Below are positions 38,320 through 48,274 of a stretch of DNA of 64,000 nt, piece after piece (within the stretch, counting starts at the first letter, position 1; every line of letters starts with the position of its first letter). The translations under genes were made by a program, and so were the position numbers. The notes under the pieces were generated by a model that saw nothing but the letters and a program-made list of their open reading frames with translations, was not told the origin of the DNA and made no database searches. The stretch is from Desulforegulaceae bacterium. GTDB taxonomy: Bacteria; Desulfobacterota; Desulfobacteria; Desulfobacterales; JACKCP01. Location: the NCBI GenBank assembly GCA_034007295.1, contig JAVERC010000002.1, positions 7,959 through 71,958 on the forward strand. The letters are read 5' to 3'.

Positions 38320-38450
38320 TAAATAGTTATTAGGCGAAAACGAGAATTTTGTTTCAGTTCATTGAAGATAAAAAATTTAACCTTTAGAATACATTTTGAA
38401 TCTAGAACAGAAATGGACAAAAAAGGCCGTTTTCGTTCAGCAACTAAATA
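38320..38450 (+). mobile_element. MITE family 1 copy with internal deletion
   Basis: GTTATTAGGCGAAAA...ATGGACAAAAAAGGCCGTTTTCGTTCAGCAAC, flanked by TAAATA/TAAATA. Confidence 0.85.
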
Positions 38451-38463
38451 ACATTTTTTGAAA

Positions 38464-40107
38464 CTAAAGCAATTCACTTATATCATCAAGCTTTTTATCA
38501 AGAATATTATACAGGTTTTCAAGGCTTGGCCGTTTTTTTGCAATAATTGAAACAGCATTATATTTTTTTTCAAGCACTTCTATTGTTTCACTTTCAACCA
38601 AATCTGCTTTGTTAAGTGCCATAATCATTGGTATATGGCTTAGTTTAAGTTCACTTACAATATTATTTACAGCCTCTATCTGGTTTTCCATCAAAGGGTT
38701 TGAAATATCTGCAACATGCAGAAGAATATCTGCCGACTCAAGTTCTTCAAGTGTTGCTTTAAATGCAGTTTTCAGGTCTTTAGGAAGATCTCTTATAAAT
38801 CCAACAGTATCAGTTATTATTACTTCCCTTTCCCTTGGGAACCTTAATCTTCTTGATGTAGGATCAAGGGTTGCAAAAAGTTTGTTTTCAGATATTACTT
38901 CGCTTTGGGTTAAAGTGTTCAAAAGTGTTGATTTCCCTGCATTTGTGTATCCAATTATTGAAATTACAGGAATATTGTTTTTTTCTCTTTTTGCCCTTTG
39001 TTTTTCCCTTGTCTGCTGAACTTTTTTAAGTTCCTTTTCAAGTCTGTTTATCTGTTCCCTTGCACGTCTTCTGTCTGTTTCAAGTTTTGTTTCTCCGGGG
39101 CCTCTTCCTCCGATTCCTCCTGCAAGTCTTGAAAAAGCAGTGTTTTGCTGCATTATAAGTCTTGGCAGAAGGTATTTTTGTTGTGCAAGAGCTACCTGGA
39201 GTTTTCCTTCCCTTGTTTTTGCCCTTGATGCAAAAATGTCTAAAATAAGCTGGGTACGGTCAATTACTTTAATATCAAGTGTTTGGGAAATGGAGTTTAT
39301 CTGGGACGGGCTCAGTTCCTGGTCAAAAATAATAATTGAGGCGTCTTTGCTAAGTGCAGTTATTGAAAGCTCGTTTATTTTTCCTTTCCCGATTAGAAAT
39401 TTGGGGTCAGGTTTTTTTCTTGACTGAAATATCCTTTCAACAGTTTCAACCCCTGCTGTTTTTGCAAGTTCCTCAAGCTCATCAAGTGAATTTTCAGCTT
39501 CATATTTTGACTGGTCAGAAGCATTAATCAAAATTGCTTTTTCAGATGATTTCCCTTTTTTGGAAATTGGAGTTTTTTTTGATATTTCTTCTTCAATTGA
39601 AGATATAAGTTCAAGACAGTTATTGTTTAGATCATAAATTTCTTTTTTTTCGCTTGTATAATAGGGTGTTTTACTTTTTTCATCAAAAATAAGATGTGCG
39701 TAAAATATTCCCTCAGGATTTCCTTCAGCATTAATTGTAATGGCACATATAAGGTCAAGTCTTAAGAGTGCAAGGTCAGAAAGGTCATCAGAAGAAAGCC
39801 CTTCATCTGGTTTAAGATGGGTATGAACGCATCTCAGGCCTTTAAGTCTTCCAGATGAAGCCCTGTAAGAAGAAAGGTCTGGAATCATTATCTGCTGGTT
39901 TGTACCGATTATTACGGTTTCAATATTGCCTCTTCTGTCAATTAAAACTCCAATTTGTCTTTTAATGAGTTTGGAAAAAAAAGCCATTTTTTCAGCGGTT
40001 TCAAAGGAAATAATAAGTTCCGGCGATGTTTTTTCATAATAAAGAGATTCAATTTCTTTTAAAATTGAACCCCTGATTCCTTCTGTTCTTCCAAAAATTT
40101 TTTTCAT
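38464..40107 (-). CDS. hflX: GTPase HflX (long form)
   Basis: GYTNAGKST, LFATLD, DTVGFI, NKAD and RGPGETKLE. Confidence 0.96.
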   Translation of the reverse strand: MKKIFGRTEGIRGSILKEIESLYYEKTSPELIISFETAEKMAFFSKLIKRQIGVLIDRRGNIETVIIGTNQQIMIPDLSSYRASSGRLKGLRCVHTHLKPDEGLSSDDLSDLALLRLDLICAITINAEGNPEGIFYAHLIFDEKSKTPYYTSEKKEIYDLNNNCLELISSIEEEISKKTPISKKGKSSEKAILINASDQSKYEAENSLDELEELAKTAGVETVERIFQSRKKPDPKFLIGKGKINELSITALSKDASIIIFDQELSPSQINSISQTLDIKVIDRTQLILDIFASRAKTREGKLQVALAQQKYLLPRLIMQQNTAFSRLAGGIGGRGPGETKLETDRRRAREQINRLEKELKKVQQTREKQRAKREKNNIPVISIIGYTNAGKSTLLNTLTQSEVISENKLFATLDPTSRRLRFPREREVIITDTVGFIRDLPKDLKTAFKATLEELESADILLHVADISNPLMENQIEAVNNIVSELKLSHIPMIMALNKADLVESETIEVLEKKYNAVSIIAKKRPSLENLYNILDKKLDDISELL

Positions 40108-40121
40108 TTAGTTTTTCCCGA

Positions 40122-41483
40122 TCAGGAATAGTTGTGAGCAAGTTCTTCAAATCTTGTGTATCTGTCAATAAAAGCCATGTTCACGGTTCCAACAGCACCG
40201 TTTCTGTGTTTTGCTATTATAAGTTCGGCAAGACCCTTGTTTGGGTTGTTTTCGTCTTTGTTATAAACTTCATCCCTGTAAATAAAGGAAACTATGTCTG
40301 CATCCTGTTCAAGAGCTCCAGATTCCCTCAAATCTGAAAGCATTGGCCTTTTATCGCTTCTTTGTTCAAGGGTTCTGTTCAGCTGAGAAAGAGCAATTAC
40401 AGGGATATTAAGCTCTTTTGCAAGCATTTTTAATGATCTTGAAATTTCTGCTATTTCAAGGTCTCTTCTGTCTGATTTTGTCTGAGCATTCATCAGCTGA
40501 AGATAATCAATAATTAAAAGTCCAAGGCCTTTGTCCATTTTTAGTCTTCTTGCTTTTGTTCTGATTTCAAGAGGGTTGACGTCTGGAGAATCATCTATGA
40601 AAATCGGAGCTTCATATAAAACAGCTGCTGCACTGTGAACTCTTTCCCAGTCATCTTTGTCGAGATACCCGCCTCTTATTTTAGCTGAGTCTACCCTTGC
40701 TTCTGCAGTAAGAAGCCTCATAGAAAGCTGTTCTTTAGACATTTCAAGTGAAAAAATACCAACTGGTGTATTTGATCCTATTGCTACATTTCTTGCAAGG
40801 TTTAAGGCAAAGGCTGTTTTACCCATTGCAGGTCGAGCTGCAAGTATGAGAAGATCTGAACCCTGAAGTCCTGATGTTATTTTGTCAAGAGTTTTGTAAC
40901 CTGTTGGTATTCCAGTTATTTTACTGTCCTTACCTTGTCTTTCATCCAGTGTATTTATATTGAGGTCAATTAAAGCATCTAGCGGAGAAAAATTTGGCCT
41001 TTGTTTTTTTTCTGTAATTTCAAATATTTTTTTTTCTGCAAAATCAAGTATTTCTGATGCTGTTCCTGCCTCACCATAGCATTTTGTTATAATTTGTGAA
41101 GCAGAATTTATTAACCGTCTTAAATGGGATTTATCTCTAATTATTCTTGCATAATCAACAGGATTTGGTGCAATTGGTGAAAGTTCAATTATGGATGCAA
41201 GCTCTTTTTTCCCGCCTGCATTTTCAAGTTCGCCTCTTTCTGTGAGGTGATTTGCAAGAGTTACAAGATCAATTGGCTTGTTGTTGCTGAAAAGATTCAG
41301 CATTGAAGTATAAATAAGGCTATGGGAATTTTTATAAAAATCCTCTGGATTTACAATGTCTGCAACATCAAGAAGGGTATCGTTATCAAGTAGAATTGTT
41401 GCTAATAAAGACGATTCCGCCTCGTAATTCTGGGGCGGAATCTTTGCTTCAAAAATTTTTGAAACATCAGTATTTTTTGCCAT
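40122..41483 (-). CDS. dnaB: Replicative DNA helicase
   Basis: AARPAMGKT, IIDYLQL and DLRESGALEQDAD. Start is ATG 41483 or TTG 41489. Confidence 0.98.
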   Translation of the reverse strand: MAKNTDVSKIFEAKIPPQNYEAESSLLATILLDNDTLLDVADIVNPEDFYKNSHSLIYTSMLNLFSNNKPIDLVTLANHLTERGELENAGGKKELASIIELSPIAPNPVDYARIIRDKSHLRRLINSASQIITKCYGEAGTASEILDFAEKKIFEITEKKQRPNFSPLDALIDLNINTLDERQGKDSKITGIPTGYKTLDKITSGLQGSDLLILAARPAMGKTAFALNLARNVAIGSNTPVGIFSLEMSKEQLSMRLLTAEARVDSAKIRGGYLDKDDWERVHSAAAVLYEAPIFIDDSPDVNPLEIRTKARRLKMDKGLGLLIIDYLQLMNAQTKSDRRDLEIAEISRSLKMLAKELNIPVIALSQLNRTLEQRSDKRPMLSDLRESGALEQDADIVSFIYRDEVYNKDENNPNKGLAELIIAKHRNGAVGTVNMAFIDRYTRFEELAHNYS

Positions 41484-41497
41484 GTCCAAACTCAGTC

Positions 41498-41524
41498 TTT
41501 CAGCCGGAATAAATCCGGCTGAAA
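41498..41524. terminator. Hairpin between rplI and dnaB
   Basis: TTTCAGCCGGA-ATAAA-TCCGGCTGAAA. Confidence 0.7.
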
Positions 41525-41570
41525 ATTATATGTAAAATACTTATGCTTTTAATAGATAAAAACCTGATTA

Positions 41571-42017
41571 TTATTCTTCAGGAAGAACAATAATTGTAAT
41601 TTCAGGCTCAACATCTTTATAAATTCTAACAGGAATTGAGTATTCACCAATTTCCTTGATAGGCTTTGTAAGAAGAAGCATTCTTTTTTCGATTGATACA
41701 TCCTGTTTTTCAAGTTCATCAATAATATCCTGAATTGTAACTGAACCGTAAAGTCTGTTTTCTTCTGCGACCTTGGCACGTATTTCACATTTAACACCTT
41801 CAAGACGTTTTGCCATTTCTTCAGCAATTTCTTTTTCTTTAGCTATTTGTGCCTGAACTTTTTTAGCTTCCTGTTCCATTAGCTTTCTGTTCGCATCAGT
41901 AGCTAATACAGCTTTTTTTTGGGGAAGCAGATAATTTCTTGCATATCCGTCAGCAACATTCACTTCGGATCCTATAATTCCAAGTGAACTTATTGTTTCT
42001 TTAAGTATAACTTTCAT
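41571..42017 (-). CDS. rplI: 50S ribosomal protein L9
   Basis: MKVILKE..V.DGYARNYLLP and LYGSVT. Confidence 0.98.
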   Translation of the reverse strand: MKVILKETISSLGIIGSEVNVADGYARNYLLPQKKAVLATDANRKLMEQEAKKVQAQIAKEKEIAEEMAKRLEGVKCEIRAKVAEENRLYGSVTIQDIIDELEKQDVSIEKRMLLLTKPIKEIGEYSIPVRIYKDVEPEITIIVLPEE

Positions 42018-42070
42018 TAGTCCTCCATGTAAATTACAATCAAATTGAGCTTTTAAATAAGGTATGTTTT

Positions 42071-42319
42071 TTATTCAACTTTTCCCACATAAGGCAGAAC
42101 TGCAATATGCCTTGCCCTTTTAATTGCAGTACTCAGCTCTCTTTGATGTTTTGCACATGTTCCTGTTATTCTTCTTGGAATTATTTTTCCTCTTTCAGTA
42201 ATGAAGTGCTTTAAGGTTTTAGGATCTTTGTAATCTATTGTAATGTTTTTATCAACGCAGAATTTGCATACTTTTTTTCTTCTGTAGACCTTTTTCTTTT
42301 TTCTTTTAATATAAGCCAT
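42071..42319 (-). CDS. rpsR: 30S ribosomal protein S18 (zinc-type)
   Basis: CKFC, IDYKD and [17 protein letters not shown]. Confidence 0.99.
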   Translation of the reverse strand: MAYIKRKKKKVYRRKKVCKFCVDKNITIDYKDPKTLKHFITERGKIIPRRITGTCAKHQRELSTAIKRARHIAVLPYVGKVE

Positions 42320-42321
42320 GA

Positions 42322-42729
42322 TTACAGGTCCTCCTCTGTGCTTGTTTCAGTAATTTCAGAATCGAGTTCAGATTTATCTTCAGCTGCTGGCTGCAAGTTT
42401 TCTTTTTCTTCCATTTCAGCCTTAATCTGCTCAATATTTGCATTTTCATCAATAAGAACGGTAAGGTATCTCATTACTTTTTCATCAAGTCTTAAGTATC
42501 TTTCCATTTCTTTGATAAGATCCCCTGGTGCACAGAATTCAACTCTATAATAATGTCCCCTGGTTTTTTTTCTGATTTCATAGGCAAGTTTAAGAGAACC
42601 CCAGTCATCAGTCTTTAAGTGAACGCCTCCACTTTTTTCAACTTGGGAAAGCATTCTGCCATAGATTTCTTCCCAGGTTTCTTTGCCTGTGTCAGGATCC
42701 ATGACAATAATAGTTTCATAACGCTTCAT
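42322..42729 (-). CDS. rpsF: 30S ribosomal protein S6
   Basis: MKRYET, WG..KLAYEI and VMRYL. Confidence 0.98.
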   Translation of the reverse strand: MKRYETIIVMDPDTGKETWEEIYGRMLSQVEKSGGVHLKTDDWGSLKLAYEIRKKTRGHYYRVEFCAPGDLIKEMERYLRLDEKVMRYLTVLIDENANIEQIKAEMEEKENLQPAAEDKSELDSEITETSTEEDL

Positions 42730-42779
42730 AAAACCTCCTTGTGGTTTTTAAAGCCCCAATAAAATTTGGAGCAAGGAAT
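42730..42779 (-). promoter_or_regulatory. Putative S6:S18-binding rpsF leader RNA
   Basis: Minus strand UUCCUUG-CUCCAA-auuuua-UUGGGG-cuuuaaaaa-CCA-CAAGGAGG. The outer stem sequesters the SD and there is a CCR in the bulge. Confidence 0.7.
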
Positions 42780-43188
42780 AATTTGTATTTACAAACCAAA
42801 ATCTATTAGCATCAGATTTTTTTATTGTCAAATTTTATCTTTAAATTAAAGGTGATTATTTAAAATGTATTAACAATGGACTAAAAATAAATTTTTTAGG
42901 ACTTTAATTATAGACAAAACAATATTTTAAAATAAAAATTGTTTTGTTTCCTATATATACTGCTATATAAAACAATGTTAATTTTAATTAAGCTGCTAAA
43001 ATTAAAAGATTTTATTATTTATCTGTTCTTAATGTCATAATTAAATCTGCATTAAAAAATAATGAAGAACTTAAAAAAATTGACATCAAGACTCTAGTTT
43101 TGCTATGAAATAAGAAATTTTTTATTTTCGGAAGGGTCATCCGAAAAAAATATTTTTAATTAGTAACTAAAACTAAGGAGAAAAAGAA

Positions 43189-44556
43189 ATGAAGAAAGTA
43201 TTGGTTGCAGCTATGGCTGTAGCTCTTGCAGCAGCAATGTGCGTTCCTGCAAGTGCTTTTGAAAACGAGTTTGGTGGTTATTGGAGAACCAGAGCTTATA
43301 CACAGCAGGATTTTTCTGGTGATAAAACTGAATCTGCAGATCTTCAGCAGGTTGATACAAGAACCCGTCTTTATTACACAGCTAAATTTTCTGATGATTT
43401 CAAATTTGTAAATAAGTTTGAATTTGATGGTGTCTGGGGTGATACTGACGATGATAGTTATGGTGATGTTGGAACAGATGGTGTTGCTGTAGAAGTTAAA
43501 AATTCTTATGTAGATTTTAATCTAGGATACTACAATTTTAAAATTGGTGCTCAGGCTGGTTATCTTGGACGCGGTTTTATAATGGATGATGATTTTGCCG
43601 GTGCAGTAATTACAGCTAATTTGGGAGATATTTCTGTTCCTTTCTATTGGATTAAAAATTATGAAGGTGGTGAAGGAAAAGATAAGAATAAAGCCGATAT
43701 GGATACTATTGTAATTACTCCAGAATTTAAATCTGGAAACTTAAAAGTTAGTCCTTACTTATCTTACACATATATTGATAAAGCTAAAGGCGAAAATATT
43801 GATGATTTAGCTGGTGATGAATTGGTTGAAGCTCTTGAATTAGATGAAAATTATCCTTTTAGTGAGCAAGTTAATAATAGTTATCTTGATTTAAAGGTTG
43901 CTACTATAGGTTTGGATTTGGATTTGGCCTTAACAGATAACTCTAATATTTGGTTTTCAGGTTTTTATCAGTATGGTGAATTAAACGGTGGTCTTGAAGT
44001 TTTTTCTGGTGACGCCTATAAAGCTGAAGCAGATATATCTGCATATCTGATGGCTTTTGGTGGAAATATTGATGTTGAAGGAATTGATATTCATGGACAA
44101 TTTTTTTATGCATCAGGCAATGATCAAGATGAGCTTAGTGAAGACAACTTTGATGATGCAACAAATAAACTTGATTTTGATTTAGATGGGTTTATGGATG
44201 TTACCCAGGGTCAGTCCTACTACTGGGCAGAAATCATGGGTTATGGAATGGTTGATAACCAGGTATCTGCCGGCTCATGTGCAGATAAAATTTCAAACAT
44301 AATGGCATTCAATATTGGTGCTTCAATGTCTCCAGTTGAAAAGCTAACTGTAGGTGCTGATATTTGGTATGCAATGCTTGCTGAAGATGATGCAGCAGGA
44401 GAAGATTATCTTGGAACAGAACTTGACCTTACAGCTTCTTACAAAGTAATAGATAACCTTACTCTTGATGTTGTTGCAGCTTATCTTTTTGCTGGTGATG
44501 CAACAGGCGAAGAAGATCCAATGGAAATTGGTGCACAGCTTTCACTTAGTTTCTAA
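43189..44556 (+). CDS. Outer-membrane beta-barrel/porin-like major protein
   Basis: Signal peptide (ASA cleavage), alternating beta-strands, GTELDLTASY and C-terminal Phe; TTGACA at 43080 upstream. Confidence 0.85.
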   Translation: MKKVLVAAMAVALAAAMCVPASAFENEFGGYWRTRAYTQQDFSGDKTESADLQQVDTRTRLYYTAKFSDDFKFVNKFEFDGVWGDTDDDSYGDVGTDGVAVEVKNSYVDFNLGYYNFKIGAQAGYLGRGFIMDDDFAGAVITANLGDISVPFYWIKNYEGGEGKDKNKADMDTIVITPEFKSGNLKVSPYLSYTYIDKAKGENIDDLAGDELVEALELDENYPFSEQVNNSYLDLKVATIGLDLDLALTDNSNIWFSGFYQYGELNGGLEVFSGDAYKAEADISAYLMAFGGNIDVEGIDIHGQFFYASGNDQDELSEDNFDDATNKLDFDLDGFMDVTQGQSYYWAEIMGYGMVDNQVSAGSCADKISNIMAFNIGASMSPVEKLTVGADIWYAMLAEDDAAGEDYLGTELDLTASYKVIDNLTLDVVAAYLFAGDATGEEDPMEIGAQLSLSF

Positions 44557-44586
44557 CAGTTTTTTTTAGTTTATATAGTTTTTTCT

Positions 44587-44616
44587 AAAAGCTCTCTTGA
44601 AAAAGAGAGCTTTTTT
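44587..44616 (+). terminator. Intrinsic terminator
   Basis: AAAAGCTCTCTT-GAAA-AAGAGAGCTTTTTT. Confidence 0.92.
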
Positions 44617-44798
44617 ATTTGTTAAAAACAAAACATGAATTTAGTGCAACAATTTTTAAATTTAAAAAAATTTGATGAATTAAGTTTATTATTTTATAAA
44701 AATATGAACCTGGTAATTATTTTAATTTTGCTTCATTTGACTTTGTCAAATTGAAGTTATTTCATCAGGCTTTAAAAGGGCTCAATTTAGGTAAAATT

Positions 44799-45305
44799 TT
44801 AATTTACAGCCTCATACAATTTTTTTCTGAATAATTTAAAACTTTCAGGCTCATTTCCCAGATTAAATATAAAATTTTTGCATTTGGAATCATTAAAAAA
44901 AATTTTTATATCTACAACAGACTGCCCTGGATATGGGGGGATATCTTTATTTTTGTCATATTCAATTTTATTAAAAAGCTCAATAAGTTCACAAAAAAAT
45001 TTTTCATCAATAAAAATTGTTTTTTCGTATTTTTCCCATGAAGAAAGGCTTTGTGGATTTTTGGCAAAAGGCTTAAGCTTTTTAATCACAGAGCTTACTT
45101 TCCCGCTTCTTTGAACTTTAACAGTCAAGTCAGATTCAAGGGGGTTATTTTCATGATAATAAATATATTCAATTAAGTTGGAATTTGTTTTGTCTTTGAT
45201 TTGGGGATCTGCATTTGACGATTTGCTGCATGAGTAAATGCCCGATAAAATTAAAACAAATAAAATCATTTTTTGTTTTTTTGAAATTTTCATTTTTATT
45301 TTCAC
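44799..45305 (-). CDS. Small lipoprotein, hypothetical
   Basis: Basic N-terminus, hydrophobic stretch and IYSC lipobox. Start is GTG 45305 or ATG 45293. Confidence 0.7.
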   Translation of the reverse strand: MKIKMKISKKQKMILFVLILSGIYSCSKSSNADPQIKDKTNSNLIEYIYYHENNPLESDLTVKVQRSGKVSSVIKKLKPFAKNPQSLSSWEKYEKTIFIDEKFFCELIELFNKIEYDKNKDIPPYPGQSVVDIKIFFNDSKCKNFIFNLGNEPESFKLFRKKLYEAVN

Positions 45306-45306
45306 C

Positions 45307-45341
45307 AAAAAAAACCTCCTTTGCATTTATGCAAAGGAGGT
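45307..45341 (-). terminator. Terminator hairpin containing the SD of the downstream gene
   Basis: Minus strand ACCTCCTTTGCA-TAAA-TGCAAAGGAGGT-TTTTTTT. Confidence 0.85.
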
Positions 45342-45358
45342 ATAATTTAAAGATTAAT

Positions 45359-47656
45359 TTATGGAAGCATTACTGTATGTGCTTCTGGAATACTAAAGTC
45401 AAAGTCCTGTGGATTGTCGTATGAAATAGTCCAGGCTTCTGACCATTCAGGCCCTGAATTTATGCTTCCGTCTGTACCAGAGTTTGCTGCTGTTAAAACT
45501 CCGCTTCTGCTTCCCTCTATCCAGATTCCGTCTTCTTCAGGATTTTCTGAATTATATGGTGCCCAAGCAAGATACCTCCAGTGCACATTCCATGATATAG
45601 GCTGAAAATTTTCATAGTCCTCATCGTCGTCATCATAATAATGCACAGCAACAGTATAATCTCCATAAAGCCCGTTGGGATTTGAGGCACCGCCTGAAGA
45701 CAGGGTAGACATCCCCCATTTGCCTATGTAATGTTCAGGTCCATATCCATAAGTATTGTCAAAATCAAGATAAGGGTGTGTAGCACTTGCACCTTCTCTA
45801 TGGCTGTAATAGACTGTATCACCAGTTGCACCTTCAAAATCAGGTTCTTTTACATAAAGATCTACGTCACTGTTATTTTGTCCCCAGCTCAGTGTGATTG
45901 TCATGCTTGCCGGGCTTGCGTCAGAATTGACTATAACTCTTTTGAATGCTGCCCAATGGGAAAAGCTGTTTTCTTTGCTTGCCAGAAAAACAACTTCATT
46001 GTCTCCTTTTTTTAAAGGAAGAACGATTTCAAATGAGCCGTCACCGCTTCCTGCAGTGTTGTTTACAGAGGTGCTGTAGGCTTCATCTGTAACAACAATA
46101 TTAATATTGTTTACAACTGAGCCCTCAACTTGTGCATTCCCCCCTAAAACAGTTCCTTTTATTACAATTGCATTGTCTTTGGTTTTGTAAAGAGTTTCTC
46201 CGTTTTCAGTTTTTTCTTCTGTTGCAAGGACATCTTCATCAATATTTTTTGCTTTTATAGATGTAATTGTTATTTCAGGGAATACACTGTCATCTGAAAA
46301 ACCTTTATCTGCTGAAATTTTTAATGCATCAAAAACAGAATCACTTACTGCAAAACTGTATCCGAATTGTTTAAAGTAATTGTAGCTGTATCCAGGATCA
46401 CTTGCACTTGGGCCCCCATTGTAGATATAAAAACCAGTTCCATCTACATATTTAATATATCTTGTATCTTTATTTGGAAAATTTGGGTCATAAACATAAA
46501 GCTTGCATTCACCTGACTGTTCTATTGATGCCTTATAAACTGAAATTGCATGTCCTGCACTGAGCTTTAGGCCGTCAGTAGTATTAATAGCCTGATACAT
46601 TCCGACAAGAGCAGGAACACCAGTAACATAAATTGTTCCAATATAAGCCTTTGCAACATCAGCTGAAGAGGCCCTTTGAGAAGAAAGTTCTTTGCTCACA
46701 TATTGATTCCATATTGCAGATTCAGCAGCATGAGCCCTGCTTGCAAGTTCAATTGCTGTTGAATCATCAACCCAGGTTGATGTCTGCTGGGGGTCATGGT
46801 ATTTTGAGCGAAATCCGGTTCCGTGTTTTCTGAACCAGTAATTTGCCCATGTACACATTCCCATGCAGTTACCGCCCCTTGAAGATTTGTAATATGCTCC
46901 ATAGTTTGGAATATACCATCCCTCGCCAGATGGCCTGAAGCCTGAATCTACATTTAAATCGCCTGTAAGAAATGCCTGCCAAATTTTTAAAGTTCCAATT
47001 GCAACATAAACGCTTTTAATTGTATTGCCAGAGTTTTGAACTGTTTTATACGATGCAGGAACTTTTCCGCCAGAAAGTGTTGAGCCAAAAGTTCGTACTT
47101 CAAAAGTTATTGTTTTATTGGTTTTATCTATTGAATCAAACCCAAGCCCCTCAAGGGTTCCATCTGAGTTGTATGAATAAAAGAGCCAGCTGTCTATGCT
47201 GGTTGCATCAGAGACAGGCAAAGTTACTTTTACAGGTTTGTTAAATAGTTTGTATTCATTCCAGACAGCTGAACCAGATGTTTCAATGATATACATTTTA
47301 CTGCCTAGATCAAGATTTTCAGGAAGTCCTGTCTGGCCGGTAATATCAGCCATTTCTACCGAAAATTCAATTGATTCATTAACAGCACCTTCAGGAATTT
47401 CAATTTTAAAATTTGGAATGTCCGGGCTTGTTATTGTCCCTCCTGAATCTGCAATTGTACTTGAGCTTAAGTTTATCTCAACAGGATTTGACGCAGAGAT
47501 ATCTGCAACTGTGATGTTTCGTTCTCCTGCAGGTATTTGCACGTCGTCATTTGTATCTTTATCATCAGAATCACTGCTGCTGCAGGCAAATGTTAATGCT
47601 AGAAAAAGTGCTAAAAGTAAAATTTTCAAAAAATTTAGCTGATTTCGTTTTCCCAT
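45359..47656 (-). CDS. Large lipoprotein: ZU5-like N-domain, putative Cys-His-Asp catalytic domain, Ig-like and YfaP/DUF2135-like C-domain
   Basis: TFAC lipobox; GGTI..IEIPEGA; GGNCMGM, GHAISVY and YDPN; ITLSW..DVDLYV.EP..D.T.GYGPE..GDYTV.VHYY. Confidence 0.75.
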   Translation of the reverse strand: MGKRNQLNFLKILLLALFLALTFACSSSDSDDKDTNDDVQIPAGERNITVADISASNPVEINLSSSTIADSGGTITSPDIPNFKIEIPEGAVNESIEFSVEMADITGQTGLPENLDLGSKMYIIETSGSAVWNEYKLFNKPVKVTLPVSDATSIDSWLFYSYNSDGTLEGLGFDSIDKTNKTITFEVRTFGSTLSGGKVPASYKTVQNSGNTIKSVYVAIGTLKIWQAFLTGDLNVDSGFRPSGEGWYIPNYGAYYKSSRGGNCMGMCTWANYWFRKHGTGFRSKYHDPQQTSTWVDDSTAIELASRAHAAESAIWNQYVSKELSSQRASSADVAKAYIGTIYVTGVPALVGMYQAINTTDGLKLSAGHAISVYKASIEQSGECKLYVYDPNFPNKDTRYIKYVDGTGFYIYNGGPSASDPGYSYNYFKQFGYSFAVSDSVFDALKISADKGFSDDSVFPEITITSIKAKNIDEDVLATEEKTENGETLYKTKDNAIVIKGTVLGGNAQVEGSVVNNINIVVTDEAYSTSVNNTAGSGDGSFEIVLPLKKGDNEVVFLASKENSFSHWAAFKRVIVNSDASPASMTITLSWGQNNSDVDLYVKEPDFEGATGDTVYYSHREGASATHPYLDFDNTYGYGPEHYIGKWGMSTLSSGGASNPNGLYGDYTVAVHYYDDDDEDYENFQPISWNVHWRYLAWAPYNSENPEEDGIWIEGSRSGVLTAANSGTDGSINSGPEWSEAWTISYDNPQDFDFSIPEAHTVMLP

Positions 47657-47708
47657 AATTTTTCCCTCTCCCTTTTTTCAAAATCACAAGTTAAAATAAA
47701 CTTTTTTA

Positions 47709-47861
47709 TACTTAGTTGGTGAACGAAAACGGCCTTTTTTGTCCATTTCTGCGTCAGATTCAAAATTTAATCCTCAAAATACTAAATGTATCCTAAAGGT
47801 TAAATTTTTCATCTTCCTTGAACTGAACAAAAAATTCTCATTTTCGGCCAATCACTACTTA
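47709..47861 (-). mobile_element. MITE family 1, best-preserved copy
   Basis: GTTGGTGAACGAAAACGGCC...TTTTCGGCCAATCAC (47715-47855), flanked by TACTTA/TACTTA. Confidence 0.9.
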
Positions 47862-47890
47862 TAAGTAATTAAAAAAGTTAAAATTTTGGC

Positions 47891-48036
47891 ATCTATTCAG
47901 CTGATTTGGAACGCTTGCTGCTTTTTCTGAGCCTCGTTATGCAGGATCTAAAAAATTTATCTCCTGAAACCAGCTTGAAAATACAGTATCCGTTCTTTAA
48001 GCAAACTGGTTTTTAACAGTTCTTAGCTGAATAGTT
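47891..48036. mobile_element. MITE family 2 copy
   Basis: Terminal inverted repeats CTATTCAGCT...AGCTGAATAG; interior homologous to 5248-5387. Confidence 0.7.
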
Positions 48037-48175
48037 TAAAAATTGAATGTTTATATAATATAGCATTTTTTAAGGGATTGAAATATAATTATTTTTCGTT
48101 TTTACTTTGAAGAGAGTAAATGTATTTTAGTTTAAATGTCTGATAAGGATGGGTATAATTCTTTTAAAGGCCATA

Positions 48176-48270
48176 TAACTTGTTGAACGGAAACGGCCTT
48201 TTTTGTCCATTTCGGTGTGAGATTCAAAATTTAATCTTCAAAATACTCTATGTATCCAAAAAGTTAGGTT
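48176..48270 (-). mobile_element. MITE family 1, truncated copy
   Basis: tgaacggaaacggccttttttgtccattt...gattcaaaatttaatcttcaaaatact..atgtatcc matches 47720-47800. Confidence 0.8.
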
Positions 48271-48274
48271 TTTA

